Notes: a model not told the origin generated them from the letters alone. Positions 9,062 through 20,300 are shown, numbered from the stretch's first letter. The stretch: DNA of 64,000 bases from an uncultured Gemmataceae bacterium (GCA_963750165.1 CAVVPN010000011.1:1376001-1440000); one strand, 5' to 3'. Program-made: numbers and translations.

Positions 9062-9721
9062 GTGGACCGCGATCCCAGCCTGAGCCCGATCCGCGCCGTC
9101 TGTTTTGATTTCGACGGCACCCTCGCCGACAGCTACGCCGCCATCACCGCCAGCGTGAACCACGTCCGCGCCGCGCATGGGCTGCCGCCGTTGACCGAGG
9201 CGGAGGTGAAGCCGCACGTCGGCCTCGGCCCCGCCAACCTGCTGACCGCGACCGTGCCCGGCGTCGAACTGCCCGCGGACGAACTCCGCTACCGCGCTCA
9301 CCACCCCAGCGTGCTGCGGACACACACCCACCTGCTGCCCGGCGCCCTCGACGCGCTGCGGGCGGTCAAGCACAGCGGCCGGCTGACGGCGGTGTGCAGC
9401 AACAAGCCGCGCAATTTCACGCGCGAACTGCTGGATTTCCTGGGCCTGGCGCCGCACATTGACGCGCTGTTCGGCCCCGAGGACGTGGCCCGACCCAAGC
9501 CGGCGCCGGACATGCTACTGGCGGCGCTGAAGCGGCTGGACGTGACGGCTGGCGAGACGCTGTACATCGGCGACATGCGCCTGGACATCCAGGCCGGCCG
9601 CGCCGCGGGTGTGCATGTGTGGGTGGTGCCGACCGGCTCCGACGCCGCCGAGGATCTGCGGGCAGCCCGGCCGGATCGGCTGCTGCGCGACCTGCGGGAA
9701 CTGGCGGAGTTGGTGGGGTGA
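9062..9721 (+). CDS. HAD-superfamily phosphatase (phosphoglycolate phosphatase-like)
   Basis: FDFDGTLADS, SNK, KPAP, IGDMRLD motifs. Confidence 0.9.
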   Translation: MDRDPSLSPIRAVCFDFDGTLADSYAAITASVNHVRAAHGLPPLTEAEVKPHVGLGPANLLTATVPGVELPADELRYRAHHPSVLRTHTHLLPGALDALRAVKHSGRLTAVCSNKPRNFTRELLDFLGLAPHIDALFGPEDVARPKPAPDMLLAALKRLDVTAGETLYIGDMRLDIQAGRAAGVHVWVVPTGSDAAEDLRAARPDRLLRDLRELAELVG

Positions 9722-9727
9722 AGAAAG

Positions 9728-9829
9728 AGGATTCACCACAAAGACACAAAGAGCACAAAGAAGACCAAAAGAATTGATAAGCCAATCTTCTGTCTCCTTT
9801 GTGCTCTTTGTGTCTTTGTGGTGAATCCT
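9728..9829. repeat. Perfect 33-bp inverted repeat with internal CACAAAG periodicity between convergent genes
   Basis: AGGATTCACCACAAAGACACAAAGAGCACAAAG and its exact reverse complement. Confidence 0.92.
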
Positions 9830-9831
9830 TT

Positions 9832-12800
9832 TTATTTCTGCTCAATCGTCAACGTCATGCGCAGGCCCTCCGGCGCGAAGGTGACCGCCGCGGTCACATC
9901 CGCCAGGCTGCCCATCAACCGCCCGACCGTGCCGGTGGCGCTCGGCGCCAGCGACTGCCGCGGTTCGCGCGCGCTGCCGTGAACGCTGCACGTCATCGCC
10001 AGGCCGTCCGGCGTCAGCTCGTAACGACCGCCGTCCGGACAGTGGAACGCCGTGCCGTACAGCTTGCCGGCGCACTCGTGCACCTGGCACTGGCGGTCGT
10101 CCCACGACAGGTTGCCGCTGGTGGCGCTCAGCGCCCGCGCCGTGGACGAGAGCGGCCCCAGGTTGTGGAGGCAACCGAGGCGGTTGTTCTCCGCCCAGCC
10201 CATCTGGAAGCCCGGCAGCGCCCGGTCCCAGTGGTTCGCCCGCAGTTTCACCATGACGTGCGCCTTCGGGCCGAGATCGCGTTCGGGTCTGTCCTCAAAG
10301 CGCCCGGTTCCACTGGGAATGTTGTATTTGCTCATCTTCAAATCCATCCCGCTGAGGAACAGATCCTGGAACACCACCGGCGAGTTGGCGATGTACAGCC
10401 CGTTGCCGATGCGGCCCCAGTAAAGGCGGTAGCGCACCGGGCCGAAGCGCAGCGAACAGCTTCGCACCTTCGTCTCGCCCGCCATCAGGCACTGGAACAG
10501 ATCCAGATCCAGGTCCCAAAACTTCTGCGATTTCACCTGCCCCGCCAGCGGCAGCAGCACTTTGTCGAGCTTGTCGAGGAACCGATCAACCACGGCGCTG
10601 TCCTCGAGCGGAATCGACAGGTACATCGGCGTCGTCAGCGCCGCGCCGCCAACGCCGACCAGTGCCGCGATGGCCGCCATGCTGTTGTCTTCGCCCTCGG
10701 CAAAGCGGGCCAGCAGCGCCGGCAGGTTCAGGTCAATCGGAATCTCCTGGTCGTAGACGTGGAAGCCGACCTGGTTGCCAACGCCCTTCTTCAGGAACTC
10801 GTCCAGACTGGCGATCAGTTCCAGCTCCGGCCCCTCCAGGCCGGCCAACTTGGCCAGCGCCGTCAGCGATTGCAGCGCCTCCGTCGAGTCGTCCCCCTCC
10901 ACCCCCGCGCTCGCCATCAGGTCACGCAGCAGTGCGGTCTTGTTGAGACTGACATTACCGCTGAACAGATTGCGTTTCGGCACCGGCAGCGTGTCGAGGT
11001 GCTCGGCGCGCCGCCGAAGATTTTGAGCAGCAGGTCGTAGGTCTCCTTGCCACCAACGGGCGGCGTGAACGCCTCGATGTGGATACGCTTCTCCGTCAGC
11101 CGCAGCCGCAGCGCAACCGGGTTGTAGCAATCGCTACCGAGTTCCTTGACGAAGGCGTCGTAAGCCTCGGCCTCCGCGCCGGTGACCTGCGTCAGCGGCA
11201 GTTCGCAGCACGGCGTCAGGCAGTCGGCACGGCCGTACACGTCGGAGACGCCGGTGAGGCAGTCGTCCGCGAGGGCATAATTGCCGCCGTCGGGGCAGGT
11301 GAGTTCGCCCTCGTTGAAGACGCCGGGCACACAGTCGGCGTCCTCCAGTTGCCACAGCGACTCGGGCAGGCACCCGTGTTCGCTGCGGTACAGCTGGGCG
11401 GCGTGGCCGATCATGCGCAGGTGCGTCAGCGCCACGCGGCTGCGCTGCTGCTGGATCCGCACCGCCGGGCTGGCGAGGTGCTGCAGGAACGCCTCGGAGA
11501 AGTAGACGAAGCCGTCCTCCGCGGCGTCGGCAGGCAGTTGCGTGCGGATGTACTTGAACTCGTCCGTATCGCCGAGGGACTGCACCGCGTTGCCGTCGGC
11601 GTCCTCGCCCTGGATGGCTTCAAGGACGCGCTGCAGCGCCACCCTGGAATTGCTGCGCACAAGAAGGCCCGGTTTGGGGATGGCGGAGTACACGCACACG
11701 GCGTTGTCCCGGCTGTGCACGTGGAGATAAGGCACGCCGAGCAGGGTGCCCCGGTCATACTGAAGGTTCTGAGCCAGCAGATCCGCAAAGAAAAGCTCAT
11801 GCATCGCCGGGCCACAGTTCAGCGACCCCGGGGCGAAATGGAACAACAGCGTCACGTCGCTGCCTTCCGACAGGAACAGATCACTGCCGACCACTGCCAC
11901 CCGGCCCAACGCCTTGAGAAACGCCGGGCATTGGTCCGGGCCAAGCACTGGCAGCGCCAGCTGGCGCAGCAGCCGCTCGCGGACCTGGCCGTCGCGGCCG
12001 TCCTGGTTGATTTGCAGCGCCAGGTACTTGCCCCACTGCTCGCCGCGGTTCAGCGCTTCGACCATCTTGCCGACGGAGCAGAACTCGGCGAAGTAGAAGT
12101 CCGCCGGCACGCAGCGCGACAGGAACGACACCTCGGCCTGCTCATCGGCAAGCAATTCATTCCACGGCCGGCTGGCGATGTCGGGGCCTTTCAGGTCGGC
12201 GAGGTCCACGATTTCCAGTTCCCGTTGTTGCTTTCGCTCGCGATCGATCTCCGCGGGCGTTATTTCCGGAGGAGGCACTTCGGACGGGGGCGGCGGGGGA
12301 GCGACTTCTTCGTCGTCCACGACGGGCGGCATTTTGGGGAGCGCCGGGGATTCCTCATCCACGACAGGCGGCATGGGCGGCGGCCCCTGCGCGGTTTCCA
12401 GCGGTGGCGGTGTTAACGTCACCGGTACCGCCGTATAGGGGGGCGGCACCGTATAGGGGGGCGGCACCGGCCCCTCCTGGGCGGTCCCGGCGGTCACCCT
12501 AACCCACGCCGGCTTCGCCAGCGCCGGCGCCAGGCCCTGGTTCGACCGGTCGCCGTGCGTGATCGCCGTCGTGTTGCTGACGGTGTAGAGCGGGTTGCCG
12601 CGCTCCGTCTTGTAACAGACCTTGAAGCGCACCTGGGTGATGTCTGGCCGGCAAGTGGTCCACGGCAGGAACAACGTGTAGCCGTAGCCGATCGGATCCT
12701 GACGCATGAGTTCCCGGAGCGACTTCTTGTCGAACTTGTATTTCTCCAGGCGCACCGGCCGGACACCCGGGTGGCTCTCGTCGAACACCTCCACCGTCAA

Positions 12801-14198
12801 TTCGCCGCCGCCCGCCAGCGCTCGGTCGGCATCCTGGCCAAACAGGTACACCTTGCCCGCCAGGCCCGGCAGCGGCGCCCCGTTGTTAACCGGGTCGATT
12901 GTCCACTGCTCCTCACTCTGCCAGATCGCCACGACCTGACAGACGGCGCTGTCATCGGCCTGCGGCGGTGCCGGCAGGGATTCACCGGCCGCGTTCTCCG
13001 GCTGGGAAGTGGGCGGCACACGTGGCACCAGAGACAGTTTCAGTGGGCTCCCGCTCGACAGCAGGCCGGTGGCCTCCCACGTCTGCGGCGTCACGTCGCC
13101 CGTCATCGCCTCGAATTGCAAGCGCTCCACCGATTTCGCGCCGCCGACCAGGGCGAGACAACTGAGCGGCAGTTGCGACAGGCCGCCCCTGGCCGCGCCG
13201 TCCAGCGCGATGGCCTCGACCTGGCCGCTGACCTCCGCGAGCTTGTCCGCCCGCCGCGCCAGTTGCAGCACGACGTATTGCAACCCGGCGTCGCGCGGCT
13301 GCAACCGCAGTTGCTCCAGCGCCGCATCGAGCGTCCAGGCGGACGGCAGCGGCGTTACATCCTTCCCGGGGCCAACCTTGTCAGCCCCCAAGCTGTACTG
13401 AACACTCAGGGCAATGGCCTTTTCCAGGGCCGCGGCCTTCGCAGGTGATAGTTCAGCTTTCGGCGCTTCCAGATCCAGGTTCCCCATGCGGATCACCAGC
13501 AACACACTGCCGCGCTTCTGCGCTTCATTGATCGGATCGACGCCCGGTTCCAACTGCGTCGAGACGATCTCGCACACGCCGGGGCTGCTCTGTTCCTGGT
13601 AGGCCGCGTCAGGCAGGTAAAACACCTTGACGAGGTAGTTGCCGTCGGAGATCTGCTCGATGTCCTCGTCGGTGAAGCTGACCGGTACCGCGTTGTGCGC
13701 CAGGAACTCCGCCGTCTTCGCGTTGGCCGGCATCACTTCCAACGTCGGATACAGTTCCAGGTCCCGGCCGTTCCGGCCTTCGATGGTCGTCATCATCAGT
13801 CGATGGAGTCCGGCCGCGAAAGTGTGCCTGCCCGGCGCCTCAAGCGTCGATGCTTCCTTGAGGTTCTGGCCGGGCTCGAGCCAGGTCACGCGCATGCGAG
13901 CGGGCCGCACGAAGCGCACCTGCGTGGCGCTGCACTCCGGCGGGACCGCCTTCTTTTCGTGGGGACATTGGGCGGCACAGGGGTTCGACGGACCGAAGAA
14001 CTTGAACCCCGAAACGGAGTACACGCCGCCCTGCTCAAGGCGGGGATGGCCCAGAATGCTCGGCACAATGAACTCCGGCGGCGGCACCTCGTAATCGACA
14101 TTGGGAGGCGGTTGCCCGCAGGCGAAGGGCGGGGCGAATGCGATCAGGCCCAGCAGGGCGGCCAGGGCCACGAGTTGGTTGCGGAATGTGCGGATCAA
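9832..14198 (-). CDS. Large (~1450 aa) secreted multidomain hypothetical protein; one apparent frameshift near 11010
   Basis: SD AGGAG and TTG 14198, signal peptide, Pro-rich linkers, two CPDGGxY motifs; ORFs 10917..15305 and 9832..11130 join at GGA-(P)-EHLDTL. Confidence 0.7.
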
Positions 14199-14507
14199 AC
14201 GGCGACTCCTTGCGTGAAAAGGGGGAGCACGGCTCCGGCCGGTGGAGTACGATGGACGGGCCGGCAGGGCGCCGGGGCAAGAAATGGCATCGCTGCCGGC
14301 GCGGCGGACATCCGAAAACGACGGCGGTCTGTCAAGGGCAAGCGGCGGCGGCAAAAGACGGGTGGACGCCGGAGGCGCCCGATTCTCGACGTGTGAAAAA
14401 GTTGGCCCCCTTGGCCCCCTTGGCCCCCTTGCTCGGCCAACCGGCGCCCCCCGAGGACCAGCCGTGCCAACCGAAATCGAGGCCCGCGGACAGCGCGGGA
14501 AGAAGAA

Positions 14508-15163
14508 ATGCACTGCATCACGCTGGGGGACCAGGCCGTCCTGGCGTACTGCGCCGACGAGGCAACCGCGGCCCGCCTGGCAGCGCTGGTGCGCCAGGCG
14601 GCCGCGCCGTGGCTGGTGGACGTGGTGCAGGCATACGCCAGCGTCGGCGTCTTCTTCGACCTGTTGCGCATCACCTACGCCGAGGTCGTGGCGCACCTGG
14701 AGGCGCTGCGCGCAGCCCGGCGACGGCCGCGGTGGCGCCGGGTCGGCTGCACCACATCCCGTGCTGTTATGAGCTGCACCTCGACCTGGAGCGGGTCGCG
14801 GCGGAGAAGGGGCTATCGACGGACGAGGTGATTCGGCTGCACGCGGCAACGGAGTACACGGTGTACGCGATCGGCTTCTGTCCGGGCTTTCCGTACCTGG
14901 GATATTTGCCGGCGGCGCTGGCGGGCGTGCCGCGCTTGCCGGCGCCGCGGCTGCGCGTGGAGGCGGGCAGTGTCGGACTGACGGGACGGCAGACGGGCAT
15001 TTACACCGAGGTGCGGCCAGGCGGCTGGAACATCGTCGGCCGTACACCGCTGCAGCTGGTGGATGTAGCGGACAGTTACTTCCCGCTGCGGACGGGCGAC
15101 CGTGTGCGCTTCGTGCCGATTGACGCGGCGGAGTTCGCGCGGCTGCGCGGGCGGCGGTTGTGA
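14508..15163 (+). CDS. pxpB: 5-oxoprolinase subunit B / KipI (allophanate hydrolase subunit 1); apparent frameshift near 14715
   Basis: LGDQAVL, IPCCY, YAIGFCPGFPYLG, GSVGLTGRQTGIY, PGGWNIVGRTP. Confidence 0.88.
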
Positions 15164-15332
15164 CTTCGTTCGCAGTTCCGCCTTCAGGGAGTTGAAGCGG
15201 GAGTTTGCCTGAAGCGAGCGTCCAGCTTGCAAGTATTGCAAGGAAAGGGTTTACGGCAAGAGGATACGTCCTGGCAATACGACCGGGCGGCCAGCGTCGT
15301 TGCAAACGCGAAATCCGCCTGCTGCTCGGCCA

Positions 15333-16316
15333 TCAGTCCTTGTACCCCTTCGGGTGCGTGCGGTGCCAGTTCCACGCCGTCTCGACGATGCCGCGCAGTT
15401 CCGTGTACTTCGGCCGCCAGCCCAGTTCGCTCTGAATCTTCCCGGCCGCGGCCACCAGCGCCGGCGGGTCGCCGGCGCGGCGCGGCCCCCCCTTGACCGG
15501 CACCGGCTTGCCGACCACCTCCTCCACCGTCTTGATGACCTCCTTGACGCTGTAGCCGGTGCCGGTGCCGACGTTGTAGCGCAGCTCCGAACCCGGCTGC
15601 AACTGCTCCAGCGCCAGCAAATGAGCCTCGGCCAGATCATCGACATGGATGTAGTCGCGGATACAGGTGCCGTCCTCGGTCGGGTAGTCCTCGCCGAAGA
15701 CCTCGATGTGCGGCCGCTGACCCACGGCCGCCTGGATCACCAGCGGGATCAGGTGCGTCTCGGGTTGGTGGTCCTCGCCGATGCTGCCGTCCGGGCTGGC
15801 CCCCGAGGCGTTGAAGTAACGCAGGGCCGCGTAGCCCCACTGGTACGCCTTCGCGTAATCGCTCAGCGCCCGCTCCACGGCGAGCTTGCTGGTGCCGTAG
15901 GGGTTGATCGGGCTTTGCGGCGTGTCCTCGGTGATGGGCACTTTCTCCGGCACGCCATAGGTGGCGCAGGTGCTGGAGAAGATGAAGCGGCCAATCTGTA
16001 GCCGCCGCATCGCTTCCATCAGATTCAAGGTGTTGACGAGATTATTTTGATAATACTTGGCCGGGTTGGTCACCGACTCGCCGACGAAGGCGAACGCGGC
16101 GAAGTGCACCACCGCCTCGATGCGCTTTTCCAGCAGCACCTGATCGAGCCGGGCCGTCTCGTTGAGGTCCGCGACGATGAGCCGCTCGGCCGGCACCGCG
16201 CCGCGGTGGCCGAAGACCAAACTATCATACACCCACACGTCATGGCCGCGCGCCAGGAACAGCCGCACCGCATGACTGCCGATGTAGCCTGCGCCGCCGG
16301 TAACGAGAATTCGCAT
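15333..16316 (-). CDS. galE: UDP-glucose 4-epimerase
   Basis: TGGAGYIGSH, FSSTCATYG, PYGTSK, LRYFNA, DGTCIRDYIHV. Confidence 0.96.
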   Translation of the reverse strand: MRILVTGGAGYIGSHAVRLFLARGHDVWVYDSLVFGHRGAVPAERLIVADLNETARLDQVLLEKRIEAVVHFAAFAFVGESVTNPAKYYQNNLVNTLNLMEAMRRLQIGRFIFSSTCATYGVPEKVPITEDTPQSPINPYGTSKLAVERALSDYAKAYQWGYAALRYFNASGASPDGSIGEDHQPETHLIPLVIQAAVGQRPHIEVFGEDYPTEDGTCIRDYIHVDDLAEAHLLALEQLQPGSELRYNVGTGTGYSVKEVIKTVEEVVGKPVPVKGGPRRAGDPPALVAAAGKIQSELGWRPKYTELRGIVETAWNWHRTHPKGYKD

Positions 16317-16420
16317 AATTGCAAATTGCAAATTGCAAATTGCAGATTGCAAATTGAAAAACGCAGATTGCCGATTCTTTCAATTTGCAATCTGCAATTT
16401 GCAATTGGCAATTGGCAATT
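16317..16420. repeat. Inverted heptamer arrays (ATTGCAA/TTGCAAT) filling the whole gap between the ABC gene and galE
   Basis: Starts AATTGC next to the galE start codon and ends GCAATT next to the ABC stop codon. Confidence 0.92.
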
Positions 16421-17353
16421 TTAGTTGGTGATGCCCTTGGTAATGAACATGAACACGTCTTCCAGGTCGATCTCATCTTCCTTGAGCATCTTGAGCCGGA
16501 AGCCGTTCTTGACCAGCAGGTCCGCGATGAAGCTGGCGTCATGCACCTCGTCGTTCAGCGTCACCTGCAGCGTCTCGTCATCCTTCATCTCGACGCCCGC
16601 CACGTCCTGGTGTTCCTTGAGGCGGTCCTTGGCCAGAAGCGCCAGGCCGTTGGCCACGACCACGGTCATGACCACGCGCTGCCGCGCCTGCTTGATCGCT
16701 GACTGCACGTCGCCATCGAACAACAGCTTGCCGCGTTCGATGATGCCGATCTTGTTACAGATGTCCGCCAACTCCGGCAGAATGTGGCTCGACACCAGAA
16801 TGGTCTTGCCCATGCTGCGCAGTTCCTTCAGCAGTTCGCGCATCTCAATACGGGCGCGCGGATCAAGGCCGCTGGCGGGTTCGTCGAGCAGCAGCACCTG
16901 CGGCTCGTGCAGGAGCACCCGCGCCAGACCCAGACGCTGCGTCATGCCGCGCGACAGGCTCGTCACCAGGGCGTCGCGCTTGTAGCCCAGCTCGACCAGC
17001 TCCAGCACCTGATCGCACTTCTTGCGCCGCTCCGGCCCCTTGATGCGGTAGGCCGCGGCGAAGAACTCCAGGTACTCGATCACCTTCATGTCGTCGTAAA
17101 CGCCGAAGAAGTCCGGCATGTAACCGATGACGCGGCGAATGTCCTTGGCGCCGTTGTAAATCGAGTAACCGCACACCGTCGCCTCGCCCCAGCTGGGGTT
17201 CAGCAGCGTCGCCAGGATGCGCATGGTCGTCGTCTTGCCGGCGCCGTTGGGGCCGATGAAGCCGTACACGTCGCCGCGCTCCAGCTTCAGCGTTAGTCGA
17301 TCCAGGGCGTACAGGTCGCCGTACATCTTCGTCAGGTCGCGCGTTTCAATCAT
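16421..17353 (-). CDS. ABC transporter ATP-binding protein (ABC-2/DrrA-like)
   Basis: GPNGAGKT, LSRGM, LLLDEP, SSH. Confidence 0.95.
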   Translation of the reverse strand: MIETRDLTKMYGDLYALDRLTLKLERGDVYGFIGPNGAGKTTTMRILATLLNPSWGEATVCGYSIYNGAKDIRRVIGYMPDFFGVYDDMKVIEYLEFFAAAYRIKGPERRKKCDQVLELVELGYKRDALVTSLSRGMTQRLGLARVLLHEPQVLLLDEPASGLDPRARIEMRELLKELRSMGKTILVSSHILPELADICNKIGIIERGKLLFDGDVQSAIKQARQRVVMTVVVANGLALLAKDRLKEHQDVAGVEMKDDETLQVTLNDEVHDASFIADLLVKNGFRLKMLKEDEIDLEDVFMFITKGITN

Positions 17354-17382
17354 GGAGCCTGTCCAGGTTAGTGGATGAATTT

Positions 17383-17496
17383 AGCCACAGAGGACACAGA
17401 GAAAGGAAAAGAGAATGAAACCAAACGGGAACGCAGTGGATTCACCATTGGACGCTGGCGGTTTTACTCTCTGTGCTCTCTGTGTCCTCTGTGGCT
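17383..17496. repeat. Inverted repeat with CACAGAG periodicity
   Basis: AGCCACAGAGGACACAGAGA ... TCTCTGTGTCCTCTGTGGCT. Confidence 0.85.
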
Positions 17497-17504
17497 GATT
17501 TTCT

Positions 17505-19979
17505 TCATTTTGGGTTTCCGACTCGGGGCCGCACCGGCAGAAAGACGCGCACGTAGGTGTCCTGCACCAGCGTGCCGTCCAGTTCCGGTCGCGACGTGTT
17601 CTCGCCGGCCTGCGCTGCCTCGCCGGGGAGCCGGCCCAGCCACAGATGCGTCGGCAACCGCGGGTCGTTCTTCTTCGTCAGCTCCTCCGCCGAACCGCGC
17701 GCTCGCGCCGCCCGGCCGAACAGGATCGCTTCCCGGGTCACCGCCGGCCGGCCCTGCCCCGCCTGCACGCGGTCGTCCGCTAGCCGCCAACTCTGGTCCA
17801 GCATCCGCTGCGCGTGATTGCGGTACTGCTTGCTCACGTCGGCCTTCTCGTGGAACATCAGATCGCGCACAAACGGCGTCGGCTGGTACGGCTCGACCTG
17901 CGCCCCCGGCCCGCCGTGAGGGTCGCCCCGGGACTGCGGCCACCGGGCCATGTCCTGACCGCCCTTCAACTTGACCGTGACCTCCGCGCCAGTGGCGGGC
18001 AGGTCCGAAAGCGGATACCACTTGCCGCCGTAGAACAGCACAACTTCTTCCAGGTCGAACGGCAGCCGGCTCTTGAGAGTGCCGGTCAACGGCGTCTCCT
18101 GGAAAGCCACCGGCTCATACTCCAGGCTCGCCTCCAACGGCAGTTTCTTCAACGGCGTCGCATACGAGGCCACGAACGTCTTCGTCGCCCACACGGGGAT
18201 GGGCACGTCCTTGACGCCGAGAGCCCGGTAGTTGTACTCGTAGTCGCGGCGGAACAGGCCCTGCATCTGGCCACGGCTGACGCCGCGCTCCGGCCGCGCC
18301 AGCCAGCTCACCATCGCCGGCGCTGTCGCCGCCGCTGGGTCGGCCCAGGTCTGCACGCGCGGCTCAATCCCAATCGTGTAACTCTGGATCCGCGGGCTCA
18401 GCAGCGTGAACCAGGTGGTGCCGTAGGCGTACGCCTGCCGCGTTTGCTGCTGCTCGTCCAGGTCGCTGCGCAGGTCGAGGTCGATCAGGTCGATCTTGTT
18501 GACCTTCAGCTCGTTGCCCTTGACCGCGTAGGCGATCAGGTACGCCGACACGCTCACCGCCAGCACCACCGCGGGGAACGTGATCCACGTCCACTCCAGA
18601 CGCTTGAAGACCTTCTTGAGGATGAGGTAATCGAGCGGGCCGACGACGAGGATGTACAGGAAGATGAAGAACGCAACCCAGCCGAAGGAGATGGGCTGCG
18701 TGTCGAAGCGGTCGAGTTCCTCGCTGAGGCGGGCGCTGAGGTCGTGGCTGACCTCATGGCCGGAGCGGCCCATCGGCATCTGGGCGAACTGGTCGCCGCC
18801 CTTGCGCACCTGCGGGGCCAGCTTTTGCAGCAGCGATTTGTAGAAGTCGGTGCGGCCGGTCCAGCGGCGGAAGGGAGACTCGGCGGCCTCCACGTCGAAG
18901 GCCAGTACCGTGACGCTGCCCAGGCCGTAGGGCACGCGCGTGATGAGCGGCACCGGGGCGGTGCCGGTGTTCTCCGTGACCTCCTCGTGGATGTCGTCGC
19001 GGCGGTTGAGCGGCACCACCCAGGAGCCGCGCGCCACCGGGAACGGTTTGTTCAGGGCGTTGGCCCAGGTCCGCAGGGCGAAGGCGTCGGTCAGCGGCGG
19101 CACCCGGTCGCCGGGCCGCAGCAGTGGCGGCAGCGGCGGCTGCCAGGCGTCCTTGTGCTTGAGCAGTTGGTCCACCAGGTCAGCGTGTCGTGGCGACACG
19201 CTGACGACCAGCCGGCCGCCGCGGCGTACCCACTCGGCCAGGGCGGTGCGCCGCGCCAGGCCGGCGTTGGAGTTCGAGTTCAACTCGTCGAGGAAGCTCT
19301 TGCTCTCGGTCGTGAGCAGCATCAGGTCCACGCCCTGATAGCCGAACCACAACTGCGGCAACTTCTGGGCGTCGTTCTCGAAGGCACCGAACTGGCGGCG
19401 CTCCTCCGGGTTGCCGGGCTGCTTCTCGCTCAGCTGCAGCAGAGCCGCCTGAAAATCCTCCAGGCGAGCGCCGGCAGTCAGGTACAAATGGTGATTTAAC
19501 TCCAGCGTGGAGACCGTTTCCGGCTTGCCGCGGCCGAATGTCTGGCCGTCGGCGCGAAACGATACCTTCACGGAAGGCGACAGGCCGGAGGTCTTGACGT
19601 AGGACAGCACCAGCAGGTCGTCGTTCTTGCGCAGGGCGAACTTCTGCGGATAGACGTTGGGCGTGCCGTCGTTGTCGAGGGTCTCGATCAGGGCCTCGCC
19701 GCGCACGAAGTCATCGACGCCGACGGGCAACAGGATGGAGCCATCGGCGGCGGGCGTCAGGGTGATCTGAACCGGCGCCCACAGGTCGGGCTTGGCGTAG
19801 AAGAAGTCGCCGCCCTCGCGGTCGTAGGACAGGAAGCCGACACGCACCTTCTCGACCTCGACGCGCAGCGGTGGCGGCTGGCCGGCAGCGGCGGGCGCCA
19901 GGCAGGCGACCACGGCCAGCGCCAGGGCGGCACACCAGGGGCGTCGAGAGGGCAGAAGAGGGCTGGTCATCGGGGCCAC
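17505..19979 (-). CDS. Large membrane protein associated with the ABC exporter (GATase-like N-terminal region, central TM hairpin)
   Basis: Signal peptide, EWVRRGGRLVV, FIFLYILVVGPLDY..LKK...WTWITFP; start may be 19970. Confidence 0.8.
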   Translation of the reverse strand: MAPMTSPLLPSRRPWCAALALAVVACLAPAAAGQPPPLRVEVEKVRVGFLSYDREGGDFFYAKPDLWAPVQITLTPAADGSILLPVGVDDFVRGEALIETLDNDGTPNVYPQKFALRKNDDLLVLSYVKTSGLSPSVKVSFRADGQTFGRGKPETVSTLELNHHLYLTAGARLEDFQAALLQLSEKQPGNPEERRQFGAFENDAQKLPQLWFGYQGVDLMLLTTESKSFLDELNSNSNAGLARRTALAEWVRRGGRLVVSVSPRHADLVDQLLKHKDAWQPPLPPLLRPGDRVPPLTDAFALRTWANALNKPFPVARGSWVVPLNRRDDIHEEVTENTGTAPVPLITRVPYGLGSVTVLAFDVEAAESPFRRWTGRTDFYKSLLQKLAPQVRKGGDQFAQMPMGRSGHEVSHDLSARLSEELDRFDTQPISFGWVAFFIFLYILVVGPLDYLILKKVFKRLEWTWITFPAVVLAVSVSAYLIAYAVKGNELKVNKIDLIDLDLRSDLDEQQQTRQAYAYGTTWFTLLSPRIQSYTIGIEPRVQTWADPAAATAPAMVSWLARPERGVSRGQMQGLFRRDYEYNYRALGVKDVPIPVWATKTFVASYATPLKKLPLEASLEYEPVAFQETPLTGTLKSRLPFDLEEVVLFYGGKWYPLSDLPATGAEVTVKLKGGQDMARWPQSRGDPHGGPGAQVEPYQPTPFVRDLMFHEKADVSKQYRNHAQRMLDQSWRLADDRVQAGQGRPAVTREAILFGRAARARGSAEELTKKNDPRLPTHLWLGRLPGEAAQAGENTSRPELDGTLVQDTYVRVFLPVRPRVGNPK

Positions 19980-19994
19980 CGCTTGAAGAGACGT

Positions 19995-20294
19995 TTAAGG
20001 TTTTTCCGCCTGAGCGCACACGCACGGACTGTGGCGACAACCGGGACAGCCGTCGCCGTACTTGCGGCGCACCGCCGCGTCGAGGTCCACGCCGACGCCG
20101 TTGGCCAGCGTCGCCAGCCAGGCCAGCACATCGGCGAATTCGAGGGCCCGTTCTTCATCGGAGCCACCGCGCAGGGCCGTCGCCAGTTCGCCGACCTCTT
20201 GCATGAACCACATGAAGGTGCCCTCGACGCCGCGGCGCGCGTCCTTGGTGCCGTAGGTGGCGCGGATCAGGGCTTGTAGTTCGGAGAGGGTCAT
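19995..20294 (-). CDS. MazG-like nucleotide pyrophosphohydrolase with C-terminal Cys cluster
   Basis: QEVGEL...EFADVLAWL; CPGCRHSPCVC tail. Confidence 0.88.
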   Translation of the reverse strand: MTLSELQALIRATYGTKDARRGVEGTFMWFMQEVGELATALRGGSDEERALEFADVLAWLATLANGVGVDLDAAVRRKYGDGCPGCRHSPCVCAQAEKP

Positions 20295-20300
20295 GCGTGG

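Noticed and set aside
14402..14430. Three copies of TTGGCCCCC upstream of pxpB
   Set aside because: Too short and low in complexity to assign a function
15165..15260. Degenerate REP-like sequence and an AT-rich spaced dyad (GCAAGTATTG...TTTACG); a loosely similar dyad lies near 7322-7347
   Set aside because: Symmetry too imperfect to call a binding or recombination site by eye
14199..15305. N-terminal extension of the 1462-aa ORF 10917..15305
   Set aside because: Antisense shadow of pxpB and intergenic DNA; a better start is TTG 14198 with SD and signal peptide
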